Of a stretch of DNA of 39,305 bases, positions 1-8,917 are shown piece by piece. Both the position numbers and the translations under genes were made by a program. The notes under the pieces were generated by a model. The model had not been told where the DNA came from and searched no databases. It saw only the letters and a program-made list of their open reading frames with translations. Origin of the DNA: a virus (taxonomy: Duplodnaviria > Heunggongvirae > Uroviricota > Caudoviricetes); IMG/VR virus record IMGVR_UViG_2706794689_000009; one strand, written 5' to 3'. Numbering within the stretch: position 1 is the first letter of the stretch; each line of letters starts with the position of its first letter.

Positions 1-1
1 G

Positions 2-199
2 CTATTACCTTCTTCAGAGAGCCCCCAGCTACTTCCTGTGACTCTCGATGCAGCTGCCGAACAGCCAGAATCGCTCGCAGAGGACCCGAAAACCCTCAGT
101 ATCAGCTGTGAGGTAACGTTCCGGCACGGGACGCTCCGCTTCAATGGCAATGTCAGCGAAAAGCTCCTGACTCTGCTGATACAGGAACTGAAGCGATGA
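2..199 (+). CDS. IS66-family tnpA (orf1), 3' fragment; 5' end lies outside the window
   Basis: Open frame runs from the window edge to TGA at 197-199, overlapping the ATG of the next gene in an ATGA arrangement typical of IS66 orf1/orf2 coupling. Family assignment rests on context only. Confidence 0.45.
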   Translation, partial: LLPSSESPQLLPVTLDAAAEQPESLAEDPKTLSISCEVTFRHGTLRFNGNVSEKLLTLLIQELKR

Positions 200-519
200 T
201 CCCGTTACCTTCCGGGATCAAAATTTGGCTGGTTGCCGGTATCACCGATATGAGAAATGGCTTCAACGGCCTGGCTGCGAAAGTACAGACGGCGCTGAAA
301 GACGATCCCATGTCCGGCCATGTTTTCATTTTCCGGGGCCGCAGCGGCAGTCAGGTTAAACTGCTGTGGTCCACCAGTGACGGACTGTGCCTCCTGACCA
401 AACGGCTGGAGCGTGGGCGCTTCGCCTGGCCGTCAGCCCGTGATGGCAAAGTGTTCCTTACACAGGCGCAGCTGGCGATGCTGCTGGAAGGTATCGACTG
501 GCGACATATAACCAGGTGA
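196..519 (+). CDS. tnpB: IS66-family accessory protein TnpB (orf2)
   Basis: 107-aa translation MIPLPSGIKIWLVAGITDMRNGFNGL...GHVFIFRGRSG...DGKVFLTQAQLAMLL matches the conserved IS66 Orf2 signature as I recall it. Size and ATGA overlap with the upstream frame fit. Confidence 0.85.
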   Translation: MIPLPSGIKIWLVAGITDMRNGFNGLAAKVQTALKDDPMSGHVFIFRGRSGSQVKLLWSTSDGLCLLTKRLERGRFAWPSARDGKVFLTQAQLAMLLEGIDWRHITR

Positions 520-521
520 AT

Positions 522-680
522 CATTTGATACCGACAAGGGGTTTAGTGAAAGGAGGTGAAATCACCTGTAAGATACTGAAATAAAACAGGTGATGGCTAG
601 ATGTGCGGATAAGGTCTATTTGATACCGATTGTGCAATAATTAGTCATTTATTATAAAATCGGCAACTCATTTGATACTG
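522..680 (+). repeat. Left-end transposase-binding repeats, three copies of CATTTGATACYG (about 522-533, 616-628, 667-680)
   Basis: Directly visible repeated 12-14 nt motif. The reverse complement recurs three times at the right end (39031-39100). This is analogous to the L1-L3 and R1-R3 MuA binding sites of Mu. Confidence 0.6.
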
Positions 681-752
681 TGGTTTTAGTCTTTTAAGGC
701 GTTCCAAACAATGCGAAATACTCGATATAGTGCAAAATGCGGGCTAATGCTA

Positions 753-1298
753 TTAACCCGCTTTTGGTTCTACCGCGTTAGATTTGCGACTTCTCTCAGT
801 TTCTTCCAAAATCTCTCTGACGCGTTCGTCAGACATACCTTCAAGCTGTAATGCAGCTATTCTTTTCCTTCCTTCTAAGCGGATTAGATCTTGATTTTCA
901 GGCTCTAACAACCGAGCTAAGTACTTGGCTCCATTCAGAACCAAATTTTTCGATAGCTGCTCTAAGTCTTTTTCATCAAGTGCGCTGATAATCGTCATAA
1001 TTATCTTCTTGCTTTCATCTTGATTTTCCTTGATCTCACACCGATTCACTTGTGATGCATCACTGAATCCACATAGCCACTCAACACTTACTCCTTCGAT
1101 AGACGCAATCTGAAGGGCGACACTTAAGGATGGCTCAGTGCCACGAGACAGATAATTGTTTAGTGTTGAAAATGAAAGCCCCCAATCTCTTGCTGCAGCT
1201 CTGACGCTGCGGGAGCCAATCAGCCTTTTCAGACGCTCAGCAATGCTTTCTTTTCTACCACCAGGAAAAGAAAGAGATGTTGTTGTTTGCTTGTTCAT
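753..1298 (-). CDS. Prophage repressor (Mu c-like, HTH DNA-binding)
   Basis: 181-aa ORF divergent from ner/A/B at the left end. The N-terminal region RLKRLIGSRSVRAAARDWGLSFSTLNNYLSRG resembles an HTH. Position matches the Mu c repressor. Confidence 0.75.
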   Translation of the reverse strand: MNKQTTTSLSFPGGRKESIAERLKRLIGSRSVRAAARDWGLSFSTLNNYLSRGTEPSLSVALQIASIEGVSVEWLCGFSDASQVNRCEIKENQDESKKIIMTIISALDEKDLEQLSKNLVLNGAKYLARLLEPENQDLIRLEGRKRIAALQLEGMSDERVREILEETERSRKSNAVEPKAG

Positions 1299-1430
1299 TT
1301 TCTTTTCTTCCTATCAATTTGAAATTATTAACTTTTAGTGTTGTCAGCAACCATTGATCCACAATAGACAAAAGAAAGATGTTTTTTTTGCTTTACATGA
1401 AGCAGAAGTGGATCAATACTTATATCAAAC

Positions 1431-1454
1431 TTGATAACTAAGTTTAGTTATCAA
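1431..1454 (+). promoter_or_regulatory. Perfect palindromic operator candidate TTGATAACTAA-gt-TTAGTTATCAA in the repressor/ner divergent region
   Basis: 11-bp perfect inverted arms with a 2-bp spacer, about 30 bp upstream of the ner start. A second inverted pair TGATCCAC/GTGGATCA lies at about 1354-1415, and a TTTACA -35-like hexamer near 1392. Likely early promoter/operator region. Confidence 0.5.
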
Positions 1455-1483
1455 ATTTCGTAACTTTTTAGGATAGATGAATC

Positions 1484-1714
1484 ATGGCGAGAAATGAAGT
1501 TAAGCCTGATTGGCATCCTCAAAGAATTTTGGGGGAAGTCAGAGCCAGAGAAGGAAGCATGAGGGCGCTGGCCCGTAAAGCTGGCGTGGGTCAGAACAAT
1601 CTGTACAACGCGGTATACCGCCATGTTCCCAAGTATGAGGGGATTATCGCGGAATGCCTGGGGGTGCCGCCCGAGGAGATTTGGCCCAGCCGCTACATTC
1701 GTAAGGTCGCGTAA
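1484..1714 (+). CDS. ner: Ner-like DNA-binding early regulator
   Basis: 76 aa. Conserved motifs DWHPQRILGEVRAR, NNLYNAVYRHVPKYEGIIAECLGVPPEEIWPSRY match the Mu Ner/Nlp family. Sits immediately upstream of the transposase. Confidence 0.9.
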   Translation: MARNEVKPDWHPQRILGEVRAREGSMRALARKAGVGQNNLYNAVYRHVPKYEGIIAECLGVPPEEIWPSRYIRKVA

Positions 1715-1716
1715 TT

Positions 1717-3804
1717 ATGTTTGCTTCAGTTAAAGAACTGGTTGGATTACCGGGGATGCCGGGAACGGAGCAAGGCGTTCGCTATTCAATCAGGAAGTAT
1801 GCAACCAGCGAAACCAGCAGACGCCGCAAGAAAGGCGCTAAAGGTTTTGAATACAGCATTGACTGTTTACCTGAAGTGACACAGCAGGCATTACGCGAAC
1901 GTTATGCCCTGCAACTGATGACGCAAAAAGCCGATGAATCACCGGCTCCGGTGGTGACAAAGGCCAGACGCTCGTCTGCCGTGGTTGATGCGGTGGAGGC
2001 ATATCGCGGATCACCACAACTGATGGTCGAACGCCTCAATGCCCTGACTGAAAACCAGCGCCAGGTGGCAGACGCACGCATTGCGATCGTCAGTGAGGTG
2101 CTGAAATTCACGCAACAACCCGGTTTCAGCTGCGCTAAAGCTATCCGGTTCCTCGTTAACAGCCTGGCACGATCACAACTGGACGAGCGCATTGTGGCAA
2201 TGGTTGAGACGGCGAACGCCAAAAAGGGAAACAGCCGCGCGTTGAGTGAAATCACGCTGAAACGCTGGATTGCGGCCTTTAACAAGGCACAGAACGCCGC
2301 TGAACGCCTGCTTTTACTGGCACCGGGTAAACGCCAGGAAATAAAAGCCGAAGATATTAACTGGCTGCCCGAATTTCTGGCGCAGTATCGCCAGTCAAAC
2401 GGCCGACCAATGACCGAGGCTTACGAGGATTTTGTTGCTGAATGGCAGCACCGGCACGCTGATGAGCCTTATATGCTCGATATCATGCCCTCTTATGACA
2501 CCATTCGCCGCGCAATGAAGAAACTGCCGGAAGTGGTGAAACAAAAAGGCCGGGTAACTGGCAGTGAATACCGTCAGCTTGAGGGATTCACGCGCCGCGA
2601 CTGGTCCAGAATGCCGGTGAATTATGTCTGGATTGGTGACGGTCACGGCATGAAGCTGAAATGCGCGCACCCGGTTCACGGGCGGCCATTCGCACCGGAA
2701 GTGACCTTTGTTATCGACGGTGGCACGCGCTTTGTGGTGGGCTGGAGCCTTGACCTGGCTGAAAATGTTTTCGCCGTAGCCGGTGCCATACAGCACGGTA
2801 TTCGCCATCATGGCAAACCGTTTCTGTATTACTCGGATAATGGCTCCGGGGAAACCGCCGACGTCCTGGATAAGGAGATTGTGGGGATACTGCCACGACT
2901 GGGGATTAATCACCCGACAGGGATTGCCGGTAATCCGCAGGGACGGGGCATTATCGAACGGCTTAACCGCACATTACCGATGCGCATAGCCCGTAAATAC
3001 CGCACCTATTTCGGGAAAGGAGCAGATCGCGAGACGTTACGTAAAACCAACCGCGATTTACGCTCGGCATTCAGTGCCCTGCAACAGGGCAAACGGCTGA
3101 ACGCCCGGCAGCAGTCAGCGATGCGTGATTTACCGTCCTGGTCTGAACTGATTGATGCCATTCGTGACGGTGTTGAGTGGTACAACAACCGGCCGCACGA
3201 TGAATTACCCATGAAGCCGAACGGTAAACATTACAGCCCGGCGGAGTTCAGAAAAAAACGCCTGGCGGAAGAGGACACGGAAATTGAATGGCTGTCCGAT
3301 GTTGAACTGCGGGATATGTTCCGGCCGATGGTGGAGCGCCCTGTAAGACGCTGTGAAATACGCTGGCTGAATAATATTTACTACGCGCCCGAGCTGCGTG
3401 ACGAGCATGGCCGTAAGGTACTTATCAGCTATGACATTCATGATGCCGAACGAATTACCGTGCGCCGCCCGGATGGCAGCGTGATTTGCGAGGCGGTATG
3501 GGACGGCAATAAACGCGAAGCCTTCCCTGTCAGCGCGGAATACTACAAACAGCAGCAGCGCCTTAAAGGCATGCGTAAACGCGCAGAGGAAAAAATCCGT
3601 GATGCCGAGGATGAGGTTGTCAACGTGCTGGAGCACAAGCCGCAGGAGCCCTGGCTGGAAAACATATACCGCCCTGTGGGTAATACGGTGACCGTTCAGC
3701 AACCGGTCGCTGACGATGAACCTGATGAAGAATACGAGCGTAATTTCCAGCGGGGATTGCAACTGCTCGAAGCGAAATTAAAAGAAAGTGATCCGCTGGC
3801 CTGA
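1717..3804 (+). CDS. A: Mu-type DDE transposase A (MuA)
   Basis: 695-aa ORF with N-terminal DNA-binding region and central integrase-like core (VWIGDGHGMKLK...SDNGSGETADV). Position after ner. Confidence 0.93.
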   Translation: MFASVKELVGLPGMPGTEQGVRYSIRKYATSETSRRRKKGAKGFEYSIDCLPEVTQQALRERYALQLMTQKADESPAPVVTKARRSSAVVDAVEAYRGSPQLMVERLNALTENQRQVADARIAIVSEVLKFTQQPGFSCAKAIRFLVNSLARSQLDERIVAMVETANAKKGNSRALSEITLKRWIAAFNKAQNAAERLLLLAPGKRQEIKAEDINWLPEFLAQYRQSNGRPMTEAYEDFVAEWQHRHADEPYMLDIMPSYDTIRRAMKKLPEVVKQKGRVTGSEYRQLEGFTRRDWSRMPVNYVWIGDGHGMKLKCAHPVHGRPFAPEVTFVIDGGTRFVVGWSLDLAENVFAVAGAIQHGIRHHGKPFLYYSDNGSGETADVLDKEIVGILPRLGINHPTGIAGNPQGRGIIERLNRTLPMRIARKYRTYFGKGADRETLRKTNRDLRSAFSALQQGKRLNARQQSAMRDLPSWSELIDAIRDGVEWYNNRPHDELPMKPNGKHYSPAEFRKKRLAEEDTEIEWLSDVELRDMFRPMVERPVRRCEIRWLNNIYYAPELRDEHGRKVLISYDIHDAERITVRRPDGSVICEAVWDGNKREAFPVSAEYYKQQQRLKGMRKRAEEKIRDAEDEVVNVLEHKPQEPWLENIYRPVGNTVTVQQPVADDEPDEEYERNFQRGLQLLEAKLKESDPLA

Positions 3805-3886
3805 AATAAAAAAATAACCCGAGGGGTGACTCAGGTTATTTGAGGTTTCAGTCTCGGAGAATGCTGTCTCAAGCGAGGTGAATAAT

Positions 3887-4819
3887 ATGACCGATATTAA
3901 CGATGTAATCAAGACCATTGATGAACTTATTGATGGCGGCGTACTGACGCAGTATGCCATCGCCAGAGAGGCGGGAATTTCCGACGGCACATTATCGGCT
4001 TTCCGTAAGGGAAAATATAAAGGCGATAACGCTGCTGTGGCTGCTTCCCTGCGCTCCTGGTATGAGAACTGGAATAAACAAAGCGCACTGCCGGAACCGC
4101 CGCAGTTTGTGGAAACTCAGACAGTCCAGGAGCTGCGCGCACTGTTTCAGGCGGTTCGCCTGATGGGCTGTATTAACGTTATTGTGGGCGTACCGGGTGT
4201 GGGTAAAACGGCCACTGCCCGTAATTACTGCCAGGAGCAACCAAACACCTGGATGATCACCCTGTCACCCGCGCACTCCAGCGTCACGGAGTGTCTGCTG
4301 GAGCTGGCCGATGCGCTGGGGATTGATTACACCCGCGCGAACAAAGGGGCATTATCCCGCGCCATCCGCCGTCGCCTGATGGGAACGCGTGGACTGGTGA
4401 TTGTGGATGAGGCGGATCATCTTGGTATTGACGGTCTGGAGCAACTCCGGGCAATTCAGGACGCCACGGGGATCGGGATGGTGCTTATTGGTAACCCGCG
4501 CGGATTGTTTAAAGGTGGACGCCGCGCCTTTGATGATTTATCGCGCCTGTTCAGCCGTCTTGCCCGTACAAAACAACTTCGCAAGGCCAAAAAGGCGGAT
4601 GTGCTGGCCATTGCCATGGCGTGGGGGATCAGTGGTGAGGCCGAGCTGGCCGTCATGCAGGCTATCGCTGAAAAGCCGGGAGCGTTACGCGTTCTGACAC
4701 ATACGCTTAACCAGGCGTGGCTCACCGCCAGCGGTGAAGGCGCGGCGCTGACAGAAAAACATATTAATGCGGCCTTTAAAGAGGTTTATACCAACCCTGA
4801 ATTACTCTCACAGGTGTGA
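3887..4819 (+). CDS. B: Mu transposition ATPase B (MuB, AAA+ target DNA activator)
   Basis: Walker A GVPGVGKT and Walker B LVIVDEADHL. Overall co-linearity with Mu B (LPEPPQFVETQTV, KPGALRVL). ATG 3887 chosen after a GAGGTG ribosome-binding site; the frame opens at GTG 3878. Confidence 0.9.
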   Translation: MTDINDVIKTIDELIDGGVLTQYAIAREAGISDGTLSAFRKGKYKGDNAAVAASLRSWYENWNKQSALPEPPQFVETQTVQELRALFQAVRLMGCINVIVGVPGVGKTATARNYCQEQPNTWMITLSPAHSSVTECLLELADALGIDYTRANKGALSRAIRRRLMGTRGLVIVDEADHLGIDGLEQLRAIQDATGIGMVLIGNPRGLFKGGRRAFDDLSRLFSRLARTKQLRKAKKADVLAIAMAWGISGEAELAVMQAIAEKPGALRVLTHTLNQAWLTASGEGAALTEKHINAAFKEVYTNPELLSQV

Positions 4820-4821
4820 TT

Positions 4822-5043
4822 ATGGCGGTATTTAATATTCCTGATATTTACGGACGCTTTTACCTGGTTAATTTCGATAACGTGAAGGTGATTTCACTGG
4901 CCGAAAATAAAGAATGTGGCGATTTACTTTTTGAATTTAATGACCGCACACGAATGGTGATATCTGCCGGACTTGATCGCGAAGGTGCGACAGAAGTTTA
5001 CAGCGGAATATGCCGTTCTGTTGGTGCGAAACAAGTCAGCTAA
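4822..5043 (+). CDS. Small early protein in the Mu kil position (about 74 aa)
   Basis: ORF overlaps the B stop codon; size and position match Mu kil. Call is by position only, no recognisable motif. Confidence 0.45.
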   Translation: MAVFNIPDIYGRFYLVNFDNVKVISLAENKECGDLLFEFNDRTRMVISAGLDREGATEVYSGICRSVGAKQVS

Positions 5044-5310
5044 ATGAGGTGTTATATGAATATGCAATCCTGCGGTAACAAAATGAATTTATTCGACTCC
5101 CTGAACAGCGCGCGCCGTCTGACCGAACTTGCCGGTGCGGTACTGGAACGCAGTAAGCGCTATCCGCAACGTTTTGCACTGAAAACCACGCCGCCGGTAG
5201 GCAACGTGCAGGGAACCGGTGAAATTGAAATCACCATACAGACCAACGGCCTGCGCCGCCGTGTGAAGGCCACCCGCATCAGCGGCTGCACGGTTTACTG
5301 GGAGGTGTGA
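5044..5310 (+). CDS. Hypothetical early-region protein
   Basis: 88-aa ORF on the same strand, contiguous with neighbours; multiple possible ATG starts (5044/5056/5062). Confidence 0.45.
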   Translation: MRCYMNMQSCGNKMNLFDSLNSARRLTELAGAVLERSKRYPQRFALKTTPPVGNVQGTGEIEITIQTNGLRRRVKATRISGCTVYWEV

Positions 5311-5311
5311 G

Positions 5312-5593
5312 GTGAAAAAAAATCTCATTGCATGGGCGTGGTCGAGTGGTCTTATTGAGTTTGGTTACGTCCTGCCGGAAGGTGCATTGCCGATAGTTGC
5401 CGGAAAGCCTGCCACGGTACGGCATGTGATTGAGGTTATGGCGCGTCATGGACGTGATGAACAGGAGCAGTTACTGGTTCCGGGGATACCGGAAGCGGTG
5501 ACGGAGGAAGAAGCCTTTAATGCCATGATTCGGTTCTGCCGTGAGGTTAGACGCCGGGTCAGTTATCCAAACAGAACGAGGACCAGAGGATGA
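5312..5593 (+). CDS. Hypothetical early-region protein (GTG start)
   Basis: 93-aa ORF tightly packed between neighbours; its end overlaps the next start. Confidence 0.4.
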   Translation: MKKNLIAWAWSSGLIEFGYVLPEGALPIVAGKPATVRHVIEVMARHGRDEQEQLLVPGIPEAVTEEEAFNAMIRFCREVRRRVSYPNRTRTRG

Positions 5594-5862
5594 GTAAAGT
5601 CGTACGCATTATTTTCGAATACAAGGAAGATGTTATCTGCAAAAACTCTGATGGCAGCACGCACAGAGGGGTAAGTCTGGATATACGTTCAACCGGAATA
5701 AAGAAGAAAGATAATGGACCCGCCATGATTTTTGGGGTGGTTATGCTGGCAGAAAGCAGAAACTTCGCAGAGTTTGTGGCAATGAAAGCCAGTGCATTCA
5801 TGAAAGACAGAGGCATGGCTTCCGGGGTTATTAACGGTAATGAATTTAATCAACAGGGGTAA
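5590..5862 (+). CDS. Hypothetical early-region protein, tandem paralog copy 1
   Basis: 90 aa, begins MSKVVRIIFEYKEDV. The next gene has a near-identical N-terminus. Confidence 0.55.
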   Translation: MSKVVRIIFEYKEDVICKNSDGSTHRGVSLDIRSTGIKKKDNGPAMIFGVVMLAESRNFAEFVAMKASAFMKDRGMASGVINGNEFNQQG

Positions 5863-5866
5863 TTCC

Positions 5867-6160
5867 ATGAGCAAAGTACGCGTTATTTTTGAATTTAATC
5901 ATGTTTCGCATGACGAAAAGTTGGCAGGCAATGACTGTGTTGAAGTGCATGAAAAGATTGGAGTGGATGTGAAAACAGAACGTGATACGGATAACAGGCC
6001 GACGTCACTCTGTGACGTTTATGCAAGTATTCTCCAGTATCACAGTCCTGCAATTATTCAGTTTCTCTCAGCGGAATTTCAGGCATCTGCACAGTCTTTT
6101 GGAGCGGATGCCATCATTAAACGCCACCGCGTGCATAAAGCATCAGGCACACTGCAATAA
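5867..6160 (+). CDS. Hypothetical early-region protein, tandem paralog copy 2
   Basis: 98 aa from ATG 5867, begins MSKVRVIFEFNHV. Starts 5 nt after the stop of copy 1, with an AGGGG ribosome-binding site. Confidence 0.55.
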   Translation: MSKVRVIFEFNHVSHDEKLAGNDCVEVHEKIGVDVKTERDTDNRPTSLCDVYASILQYHSPAIIQFLSAEFQASAQSFGADAIIKRHRVHKASGTLQ

Positions 6161-6171
6161 GGAAAAACAAA

Positions 6172-6702
6172 ATGGCTAAACGCGTTACAAAATTAAAGGC
6201 CGCAGCCGAGGCGGCACCGCAGACCCGGGAAGAAGTCAGCCGTGATATCCGCACCCTGGGAGATATTCAGCGAGAGGCGCTGCGCCTGGAAACGGCGATG
6301 AATGACGAAGTGGCAGAAATCACCGCCCGTTATACGCCGCAGATTGAAAATCTTAAAAAGCAAATCAAAGTGCTTTTTAAAGGGATTCAGGACTGGTGCA
6401 AAACCAACCGTGATGAGCTGACGAACGGCGGCAAAACCAAAACAGCCAATCTGACCACCGGAACGGTGTCATGGCGGCTGGGAACGCCATCATGCAGCGT
6501 CAGCCGTGATGTGGAAGGTGTGATTGAAATGCTGCGCCGTATGGGGCTTGAGCGTTTCATCCGCACGAAAGAGGAAGTGAACAAGGAAGCCGTCCTGGCG
6601 GAGCCGGATGCTGTGAAAGGCATTGCCGGTATCAAGGTGAATAAAGGCGCTGAAAGTTTTTATGTCGAGCCTTTTGAACAGGACGCCGGACTGAATAAAT
6701 AA
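6172..6702 (+). CDS. gam: Gam-like host-nuclease inhibitor (DNA-end binding)
   Basis: 176 aa. Coiled-coil N-terminus and motifs TGTVSWRLGTPS, FIRTKEEVNKEA typical of the Mu Gam family. Position in the early region fits. Confidence 0.8.
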   Translation: MAKRVTKLKAAAEAAPQTREEVSRDIRTLGDIQREALRLETAMNDEVAEITARYTPQIENLKKQIKVLFKGIQDWCKTNRDELTNGGKTKTANLTTGTVSWRLGTPSCSVSRDVEGVIEMLRRMGLERFIRTKEEVNKEAVLAEPDAVKGIAGIKVNKGAESFYVEPFEQDAGLNK

Positions 6703-6847
6703 CACCGCATTAATCAATTAAATATCACTTCATTTTAATTATGGCGCTCGCGTCAGGGGACTGCTTGCGCCTGAAAACAGAAAATAAGGGTTAAGAAATA
6801 TGAAATACGTTTATATCGTCATTAATAATGTGGTGGGGAAATAAATC

Positions 6848-7381
6848 ATGATTGATGCAAAAGTGCTTGAAGGGGTTAAAAACTGGCTGTGTATTTATGG
6901 CCGCCTGACCTGCGGTGTACTGGCTGAAAAAATGAATATGCCGCCATCCTCCATGGTTTATTTTCTGCGTGATGCGGTTGATGCAGGCGTGCTGACGGAA
7001 TGTAACGGTTTTTATGATATTCCGCGTCCCCGCCCGGTGCAGCCGGTTCGTCGCAAATGCAGCCAGGAATCTGCGGCTGATGATGTTCAGTGGTGCGGCT
7101 TCAGAAAATCCCTGCCATGGATTGAGGGGCATGATATTCCGTCGATGGCGTGGGAATTTGCTCAGGGCGTTCTGACCTGTGAAACCGTTTATGTGGTGGC
7201 TGAAGTTGATGAGCAGGCCATGAAAGAAGGCGTGCCCCAGTTTGTGATGGCGTATATCGACATACGCCTGGGCGTCATTATCTGCGGTTTAAGCGGCTGG
7301 AATATCACTGAACATGTTCTGCGCTACCTGATTGTTGACCGGACAGCAGCGCCTGCCGGGATATCTGCGGAGGTGGCGTAA
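6848..7381 (+). CDS. Hypothetical early-region protein
   Basis: 177-aa ORF; stop overlaps the next start (translational coupling). Confidence 0.5.
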   Translation: MIDAKVLEGVKNWLCIYGRLTCGVLAEKMNMPPSSMVYFLRDAVDAGVLTECNGFYDIPRPRPVQPVRRKCSQESAADDVQWCGFRKSLPWIEGHDIPSMAWEFAQGVLTCETVYVVAEVDEQAMKEGVPQFVMAYIDIRLGVIICGLSGWNITEHVLRYLIVDRTAAPAGISAEVA

Positions 7382-7896
7382 TGTTCTTTAAAACATCAAA
7401 CCCTTCCGCGCTGGCTGCGTGGCAAAAATACCAGCAGGACTGCCAGAAAGTTAAGGATGAGGCAAAACGCCTTGAGGCCGTGCTGAATGTTGCGTGCCGG
7501 TCGGTATTTGTATCCGGTATCAGTGGATTTTACTTTAAGGGACTGCGTTTTACGGAGGACAAATATCCTTTTCATCGCGACTTATGGCGAAAACCGACTG
7601 CGTCGAATGGCTGGAGCTGCACACCGCGCACATCACGTATCCCTAAAACCCTGCGTGTTGCCTCTGATGAACTGAACAGTCTGTGGCGTGAATATTCGCC
7701 CGTCACGTATGCCAGAACCGATGCGCTGTTGTTCTGGTTGGGTATTGATTTCTCGGCAATCCTGTTTGGCCCTGTGAAGTGGTTCTGCGTTGACGATGTG
7801 ATTTACCTTCAGTGCGGCGTAAAACCCGCAAAACAGAAAATGACCGAAATACTGTCTGATGAGTTTTATGCTGCTGAAAAGCGAGTCAGGGGGTGA
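7381..7896 (+). CDS. Hypothetical early-region protein
   Basis: 171-aa ORF in the operon; no recognisable motif. Confidence 0.5.
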   Translation: MFFKTSNPSALAAWQKYQQDCQKVKDEAKRLEAVLNVACRSVFVSGISGFYFKGLRFTEDKYPFHRDLWRKPTASNGWSCTPRTSRIPKTLRVASDELNSLWREYSPVTYARTDALLFWLGIDFSAILFGPVKWFCVDDVIYLQCGVKPAKQKMTEILSDEFYAAEKRVRG

Positions 7897-7899
7897 TGC

Positions 7900-8451
7900 A
7901 TGATGAAATTACAACCCATGGGACTAAAAGGTCGCGCCCCCGCTCATGTCCGTCCGTGGACACCTGAAGAAGATGCGCTGCTGATTGCGCTTTATTCATC
8001 CACCCCGGTTAAGGATATTGCTGCCAGAATAAAAAGAACTGTCTGGGCTGTATATAACCGGACTGGTGTATTGCGCAGTTCATACCCGGAGTTACTGAAA
8101 TATAAACACCCAAGATTTACACCTGATGAAGATAAGTTTATTCGAAAAAATGCCAGAACAATGACCTGCCAGCAAATGGGAGAATATCTCGGACGTAATA
8201 AAGATTCTGTCAGATGTCGGGCAGGAATGATTGGTGCTGGATTAACAAAGTGCGGAGAGTTACGCCCCGGCACGCGCATATCTGATGATGATGTACGTCT
8301 TATACGTGAGCTGCGTGATTCCGATTACCCACGCCGTCTGTCATTCCGGGAAATTGGCGAAAAGTTTGGAATATCTGAACATTCTGCTCACGCAGTTTAT
8401 TACCGTCGCCGGACTGCCGAGGACGCTGTATTACGGGAGTTAACGCCATGA
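7900..8451 (+). CDS. Putative DNA-binding protein with two Myb/SANT-like W/FTPEED repeats and a C-terminal HTH-like segment
   Basis: Translation shows WTPEEDALLIALY...VWAVYNR and FTPDEDKFIRKNAR...VRCRAGM repeats, followed by LSFREIGEKFGISEHSAHAVYYRR. Confidence 0.5.
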   Translation: MMKLQPMGLKGRAPAHVRPWTPEEDALLIALYSSTPVKDIAARIKRTVWAVYNRTGVLRSSYPELLKYKHPRFTPDEDKFIRKNARTMTCQQMGEYLGRNKDSVRCRAGMIGAGLTKCGELRPGTRISDDDVRLIRELRDSDYPRRLSFREIGEKFGISEHSAHAVYYRRRTAEDAVLRELTP

Positions 8452-8780
8452 TAACGACCTTATTTGTTGAATCAGATGAACCTCTTGTGTGTGCCGCCGG
8501 AATGCCGCTCTGTGGCGGAACGCTGACCGGCGTTTATTTCGGGGATTTGCGCGGTTATCCCTGGCATTCACTGGATGACGCATTTCCGCCTGATATGGAG
8601 GCTGTCGTGCTGATTGTTCAGTATGGTGACCAACAGGAACTGCGCATCGGCCATATGGGGTATGAAGGCTTTTTTATTGATGAAGAAACCGGAGCCTGCC
8701 TTGAAGATGAGGACGGACAGGTGACGCACTGGTGCCATCTTTCGGCCTTGCCGGAATTACAGGGGATACATAATGGATGA
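8448..8780 (+). CDS. Hypothetical early-region protein
   Basis: 110-aa ORF, overlaps the upstream stop and the downstream start. Confidence 0.45.
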   Translation: MITTLFVESDEPLVCAAGMPLCGGTLTGVYFGDLRGYPWHSLDDAFPPDMEAVVLIVQYGDQQELRIGHMGYEGFFIDEETGACLEDEDGQVTHWCHLSALPELQGIHNG

Positions 8781-8916
8781 GCAAATTGTTGAATGTCCCA
8801 CCTGTGGAAATGAGGACCCGGAGTATCTGAAAGAGTGCCCACATTGTGGTGAGATAAAATGTAACCACTGCGATATGGGCGACGACACTGCATGTATAAA
8901 TTGTGAGGATGAATAA
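8773..8916 (+). CDS. Zinc-ribbon mini-protein (47 aa, four Cys pairs)
   Basis: Hand translation MDEQIVECPTCGNEDPEYLKECPHCGEIKCNHCDMGDDTACINCEDE. ATG overlaps the upstream stop. Below the size cut-off of the ORF track. Confidence 0.4.
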   Translation: MDEQIVECPTCGNEDPEYLKECPHCGEIKCNHCDMGDDTACINCEDE

Positions 8917-8917
8917 T

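Noticed and set aside
1156-1338. Plus-strand 60-aa ORF overlapping the repressor gene
   Set aside because: Fully antisense to the repressor coding region, with no ribosome-binding site.
1902-3762. Minus-strand ORFs 1902-2285, 2395-2913, 2711-2896, 3006-3212 and 3205-3762 inside the transposase A gene
   Set aside because: They lie fully antisense within a strongly supported 695-aa transposase gene and have no ribosome-binding sites or recognisable motifs. Typical GC-rich antisense open frames.
6703-6847. 14-codon mini-ORF (MKYVYIVINNVVGK) in the gam to next-gene intergenic region
   Set aside because: Too short to support from sequence alone; could be a leader peptide, but there is no further evidence.
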